Part shown: one piece after another, positions 28,330 to 33,310 of the stretch
Position numbering within the stretch: the stretch's first letter is position 1
How the letters are laid out: each line of letters opens with the position of its first letter
From: Pirellulales bacterium
GTDB taxonomy: Bacteria > Planctomycetota > Planctomycetia > Pirellulales > UBA1268
Length of the DNA stretch: 33,310 bases
Assembly: GCA_044346795.1 (NCBI GenBank)
Contig: JBIIYN010000003.1
Coordinates: 1 to 33,310 of the forward strand
Reading direction: 5' to 3'
Made by a program: the position numbers and the translations under genes
Notes under the pieces: model-generated
What the model saw: only the letters and a program-made list of their open reading frames with translations
Told to the model about the DNA's origin: nothing
The model's database searches: none

Positions 28330-28524
28330 GGGTTGGCGTGCCTCGGGCCGAGGGGGGCGGAAAGCAGCGGATTCTAGCCGGGGCACGCGGCCCGGGCGAG
28401 ACATGATTGGCGGGGCGAAATACGCAAGGCCCTGCTGGTCTGGCGACGGGCAGGGCCCGAATCTATGGTTTCCCGCCGTTGGATGAGGGCCGTCCACGAC
28501 CTCCCTGAAGATGCCGGAGATGCC

Positions 28525-29124
28525 ATGAACGCTGGAAGCCGACCGTCCGGCACGTGGGCATGCCTGCTGGTGGTGGCGGCGCTGTGTCCGGCCACCGGTT
28601 GCGTGCAGCGGCGGATGACGATCCGCAGCAATCCCCCCGGGGCGCTCGTCTACGTCGACGACTACCAGATCGGGACCACGCCGGTGTCGACCGACTTCAT
28701 CTACTACGGCACCCGGAAGATCCGGCTCGTCAAGGACGGGTACGAGACGCTCACGGTGCGGCAGCCGTTTCCGCTTCCGTGGTACGAGGTCTTTCCGCTC
28801 GACTTCGTCACGGAGAACCTCGTGCCCTGGGAGATCCGCGACGAGCGGGTGGTCGATCTCGCCATGACCACGACCGCGTCGACGCCTCCGGAATCGGTCG
28901 TCGCCCGCGCGGAGCAGGCCCGTCTCACGGCCGGCAGCCTGCCGGCACCGCCGCCGGCGCCAATCGTGCCGCAGCCGGTCGTGCCCCGGCCGATTCCCGC
29001 CCCTCCGCCGCAGGCCTTGCCGCCACCGGGCGGCATGTTCCTGCCGCCGCCCTCTCCGTCGCCGCTGCAGGGCCTGCAGCCCCCGCTGCAAAACGCGCCG
29101 CGGCAGGGCGTGCCCGGCCTGTAG
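28525..29124 (+). CDS. PEGA-domain lipoprotein with a proline-rich tail
   Basis: GGAGA RBS before ATG 28525, a hydrophobic signal ending ATGC (lipobox-like), the PEGA motif TIRSNPPGALVYVD...IGTTPV...KDGY, and a Pro-rich C-terminus. Confidence 0.8.
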   Translation: MNAGSRPSGTWACLLVVAALCPATGCVQRRMTIRSNPPGALVYVDDYQIGTTPVSTDFIYYGTRKIRLVKDGYETLTVRQPFPLPWYEVFPLDFVTENLVPWEIRDERVVDLAMTTTASTPPESVVARAEQARLTAGSLPAPPPAPIVPQPVVPRPIPAPPPQALPPPGGMFLPPPSPSPLQGLQPPLQNAPRQGVPGL

Positions 29125-29153
29125 GCCGCCCCCTGCACCCGGGCGGGGCGGCC
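29124..29153. other. GC stem-loop directly after the PEGA gene
   Basis: Perfect 9-bp stem GGCCGCCCC/GGGGCGGCC with a 12-nt loop. There is no U-tract, so it is not a canonical intrinsic terminator. Confidence 0.45.
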
Positions 29154-29274
29154 ACGCTCCGCTCGCTTCGGCGGCTCCTCGGTGTCGTCGTTCGAAATGG
29201 CCGCGTCGTTGGCTCGGAGGCGCCTGAGGCTCGCTTTGCGTGTCCGCCCCGCCGTCGTCGCGAATCGCTTCCCC

Positions 29275-29301
29275 ATAAAAGCCCGGAGCGGAAGCGACGG
29301 G
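29275..29301 (+). repeat. 27-bp REP-like extragenic repeat, copy B
   Basis: ATAAAAGCCCGGAGCGGAAGCGACGGG, 24/27 identical to the reverse complement of 12288-12314. Confidence 0.7.
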
Positions 29302-29335
29302 ACGGGGCCAAGAAACGCTCCCTCCCTCGCGCCCA

Positions 29336-29344
29336 TGGCATAAT
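29336..29344 (+). promoter_or_regulatory. Putative extended -10 element (TGnCATAAT) for a leaderless transcript
   Basis: TGGCATAAT ends 6 nt before ATG 29351. Confidence 0.5.
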
Positions 29345-29350
29345 AGGCGG

Positions 29351-30655
29351 ATGACATCCGATCCACATGCTGCCGCATCAGTCGCCCGCGAACGGCTCGA
29401 CGCCGTCAAGCTCGAGCGGCTCCGCGGGCTCGTGGCGGAGATCCTGCCGCACAACCGCTTCTATGCGGCCAAGCTCGCGCGGGTGTCACGTGACCTGCCG
29501 TCGCTCGACGCACTGGCCGACTGGCCCTTCACCTTCAAGGAGGAGTTGGTCGACGCGGCTGCCGCGGCCGCAGGACCGGGAAACCTCACTTGGCCACGCG
29601 AACGCTACGTGCGGTTTCACCAGACCAGCGGCACGCACGGCCGGCCGCTGCCCGTGTTCGACACGGCCGAGGACTGGGCCTGGTGGATGGCGTGCTGGGA
29701 GGCGATCCTCGACCGCGGGGGCGTGCGGGCGGGAGACTGCGTGCTCGTGGCTTCGTCGTTCGGGCCCTACGCCGGCTTCTGGAGCTGCTTCGACGCGGTG
29801 CTCTCGCGGCGGGCCATGGCGATCCCCACCGGGGGCATGGCGACGCTGGCACGTCTCGAACTGACGCGGTCGCTCGGGGCGACCGTGCTCGTGGCCACGC
29901 CGAGTTACGCCCTGCATCTCGCGGAAGTGGCGGCGGAGCAGAAGCTCGATCTGGCGAGCCTGCCAGTGCGCCTCGTGATCGTGGCGGGCGAGCCCGGCGG
30001 CTCGGTGCCCGCCGTGCGGGCGCGGATCGCGGAGGCCTGGGGGGCTACGGTGCTCGACCACGCCGGTGCGACCGAGGTCGGGCCGTGGGGCGTGGGCGAC
30101 CTGGCCGGCCGCGGCCTCGAGGTGATCGAGCCCTGGTTTCACGCCGAATTCCTCGGCGTGGAGACCGGACGGGCGGCCGCTCCCGGCGAACTGGCGGAAT
30201 TGGTGCTCACCACGCTCGGCCGCGCAGGCGCGCCCGTGATCCGCTACCGCACCGGCGACCTCGTGCGGCCCCGGTGGCCCGCGGCCGACGAGATCGCGGC
30301 GGGGGAGTGCCCGTGGGTGCGGCTCGAGGGTGGAGTCGTGGGCCGCGCCGACGACATGCTCGTGGTCCGCGGCGTGAACATCTTCCCGGGGGCGATCGAC
30401 GACATCGTCCGGGGCTTTCCCGAGATCGTCGAATATCGGCTCACGGCCACCACGCGCGAATGCCTCGACGTGTTACAACTGGCGATCGAGGATCGGCTGA
30501 GCGACCCGGATCGCGTGGCCCGCGAGCTGCACCTGCGGCTCGGGCTGCGGGTCGAGGTGGTCGCCGTGCCTGCCGGCAGCCTGCCGCGTTTCGAAGGCAA
30601 GGGCCGGCGGTTCGTCGATCTTCGCGACAGCCGACGAGAACGGTCGCGACCATGA
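29351..30655 (+). CDS. Phenylacetate-CoA ligase-like (PaaK family) adenylate-forming enzyme
   Basis: PFTFKEEL, P-loop-like HQTSGTHG, ATPSYALHL, AGEPG, GATEVG, IRYRTGDL, GRADDM.VVRGVNIFP and LPRFEGK..R..D.R. The substrate cannot be assigned. Confidence 0.88.
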   Translation: MTSDPHAAASVARERLDAVKLERLRGLVAEILPHNRFYAAKLARVSRDLPSLDALADWPFTFKEELVDAAAAAAGPGNLTWPRERYVRFHQTSGTHGRPLPVFDTAEDWAWWMACWEAILDRGGVRAGDCVLVASSFGPYAGFWSCFDAVLSRRAMAIPTGGMATLARLELTRSLGATVLVATPSYALHLAEVAAEQKLDLASLPVRLVIVAGEPGGSVPAVRARIAEAWGATVLDHAGATEVGPWGVGDLAGRGLEVIEPWFHAEFLGVETGRAAAPGELAELVLTTLGRAGAPVIRYRTGDLVRPRWPAADEIAAGECPWVRLEGGVVGRADDMLVVRGVNIFPGAIDDIVRGFPEIVEYRLTATTRECLDVLQLAIEDRLSDPDRVARELHLRLGLRVEVVAVPAGSLPRFEGKGRRFVDLRDSRRERSRP

Positions 30656-30966
30656 TGCAGCCCATCCCGCAATCCATCCGCCGCGTCGAGCAGGGCGGCA
30701 TCGAGATCACGTGGAGCGACGGCGCCACGGGCGTCTACTCGCCGCGGCTGCTCCGCGAGTCCTGCCCCTGCGCGACCTGCCGCGAGAAGCGGGCGCAGCC
30801 CGTCGCGCCGGCCCTGCTGCCGGTGCTGCGGCCCGAGGAGGTGGCGCCCCTGGCGGTCGCCGGCATGAAGCCCGTGGGCCAATACGCCTACTCGATCGAA
30901 TTCTCCGACGGCCACGACAGCGGCATCTACACGCTCGAATACCTGCGCGAACTGGCCGGGAGCTGA
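30652..30966 (+). CDS. DUF971 (GBBH-like N-terminal) domain protein
   Basis: ATGA overlap with the upstream stop. Motifs ITWSDG...Y....LRESCPCATC, VGQYAY.I.FSDGHDSGIYT.EYLR; 104 aa. Confidence 0.88.
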   Translation: MMQPIPQSIRRVEQGGIEITWSDGATGVYSPRLLRESCPCATCREKRAQPVAPALLPVLRPEEVAPLAVAGMKPVGQYAYSIEFSDGHDSGIYTLEYLRELAGS

Positions 30967-31022
30967 TCCGAAACCCACTCGACTTGGTTTTCGAAACGAT
31001 CCTGCTCATTCGATGTCGGGGA

Positions 31023-31155
31023 GGGGTTGTCCATGCCCCGAGAGCCGGCGTATGCAGACAAGCGAAGCAAGGATTGCGGAGCGCAGTCTGCATCCGAGAG
31101 AGCGGAGGGCAGGATGCCCGGAGCGAACGTCCGGCGATGGGGCGTGGGCAGCCCC
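31023..31155 (+). ncRNA. Candidate structured RNA or folded repeat element with two GGA-loop hairpins
   Basis: A 17-bp closing stem (31023-31039/31139-31155) with three G-U pairs, inner stems, and two AGCGRA-[stem-GGA-stem]-GGAGCG modules. Function is unknown and expression is not shown. Confidence 0.5.
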
Positions 31156-31192
31156 GACCTGCGAAACGCTTGAGGACTGCGTGTGAGCCGAC

Positions 31193-31732
31193 TCACGCGG
31201 GCAGGCCGCAGGCGGTGGCGTTGACCACCGCGGCGATGCGGACGGCGTCGTGGCAGGCTTCCTCGCTCACCCCCAGGTGCTGGAGGCTCGCCTCGTGGTT
31301 CTGAATGCAGAGCTCGCAGCCCGCGAGCGCCGCGCAGCCCAGGCTCATCAGCTCGAAGTCGGCCTTGCTCGTCGCCGGCTGCGCCATGCGGCTCATGCGG
31401 AGCCGCGGGGGGCGGGCGCCATAGCTCTCCTTGCCCACCATGTGGCGGAAGCGGTAGTAGACGGTGTTCATCGCCATCAGGCCGGCCGCGGCGACGGCGT
31501 CGGAGACGAGCGGTGCGGCCGTGGCGGCGTCGGCGGCCCGCAGGTCGGCGGAGATCGCCTCCACGAGCGGCCGGCACCGCACGAAGGCGGCGGCCGCCAG
31601 GGCCACGCCGAGCGCCTGCGCGGGCGCGAGGTTCTCGCCGGCGAGCACGCTGGAGAGATTGAGGCGGATGTCCTTCAGTTCGTCGGGGAGCGTGTCGCGG
31701 ACCGCGTCGAGCGAGGGGGTGGCGATGGACAT
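31193..31732 (-). CDS. ahpD: Alkylhydroperoxidase AhpD (carboxymuconolactone decarboxylase family)
   Basis: LPD..KDIRLNLSS, AAAGLMAMN.VYYRFRH, LRM..M, DFEL..L, and the redox motif GCELCIQNHE. Start at ATG 31732. Confidence 0.88.
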   Translation of the reverse strand: MSIATPSLDAVRDTLPDELKDIRLNLSSVLAGENLAPAQALGVALAAAAFVRCRPLVEAISADLRAADAATAAPLVSDAVAAAGLMAMNTVYYRFRHMVGKESYGARPPRLRMSRMAQPATSKADFELMSLGCAALAGCELCIQNHEASLQHLGVSEEACHDAVRIAAVVNATACGLPA

Positions 31733-31865
31733 GGCGCGAGGATTCCGAGGATGGGGAGGCCGGAGCGGGAAACGGTGCCGGCCGCGAGGATTGTAGCTGT
31801 TCGTTGAAGGCTTGGCGGTCGAAATGCTAGGGTGGTGCAGTTTTGCGCGCACCCCAGGTTTTTCC

Positions 31866-33310
<1,445 letters not shown>

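Noticed and set aside
28940-29100. CCG-rich quasi-repeats in the PEGA gene
   Set aside because: They are explained by proline codons in a low-complexity tail; this is not a DNA tandem repeat or array.
24610-29454. Apparent long N-terminal extensions of the DUF1570-like ORF (to 25428) and the PP2C ORF (to 29454), suggesting fusions
   Set aside because: The extensions overlap well-supported genes (the isomerase; the PEGA and PaaK-like genes), and the recognisable domains begin at 24609 and about 28329.

Overview
A GC-rich, gene-dense bacterial chromosomal window. It is probably from a Planctomycetota (Pirellulales-like) genome; this is inferred from the DUF1570-like HExxH protein, the DUF1559-like anti-sigma protein, the PEGA lipoprotein and the very long LptD/OstA-like protein. 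About 22 CDSs can be supported. In order they are: a 5'-truncated acyl-lipid desaturase, fabH, oligoendopeptidase F, a three-gene transglutaminase-DUF2126 / circularly permuted ATP-grasp-alpha-E / transglutaminase operon, leucyl aminopeptidase, an MMPL/RND transporter, an LptD-like protein, an MDR oxidoreductase, an NCS2/AzgA-like permease, an ECF sigma plus putative anti-sigma, a DUF1570-like protein, a TIM-barrel sugar isomerase, an LptF/G permease, a PP2C phosphatase, a PEGA lipoprotein, a PaaK-like ligase plus DUF971, ahpD, and the 5' part of carB (absent from the supplied ORF track). I saw no rRNA, tRNA, CRISPR array or transposase. The most interesting signals are: (i) a 133-nt multi-branched intergenic structure at 31023-31155 with two covarying GGA-loop hairpins resembling CsrA/RsmA-binding sites; (ii) the uncharacterised peptide-ligase/transglutaminase operon, which lies between two peptidases and has an apparently degenerate ATP-grasp; (iii) the ECF sigma with a pilin/DUF1559-like anti-sigma; (iv) a dispersed 27-bp REP-like repeat family and several candidate cis-regulatory structures. 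All family calls come from reading motifs by eye; no database search was run.
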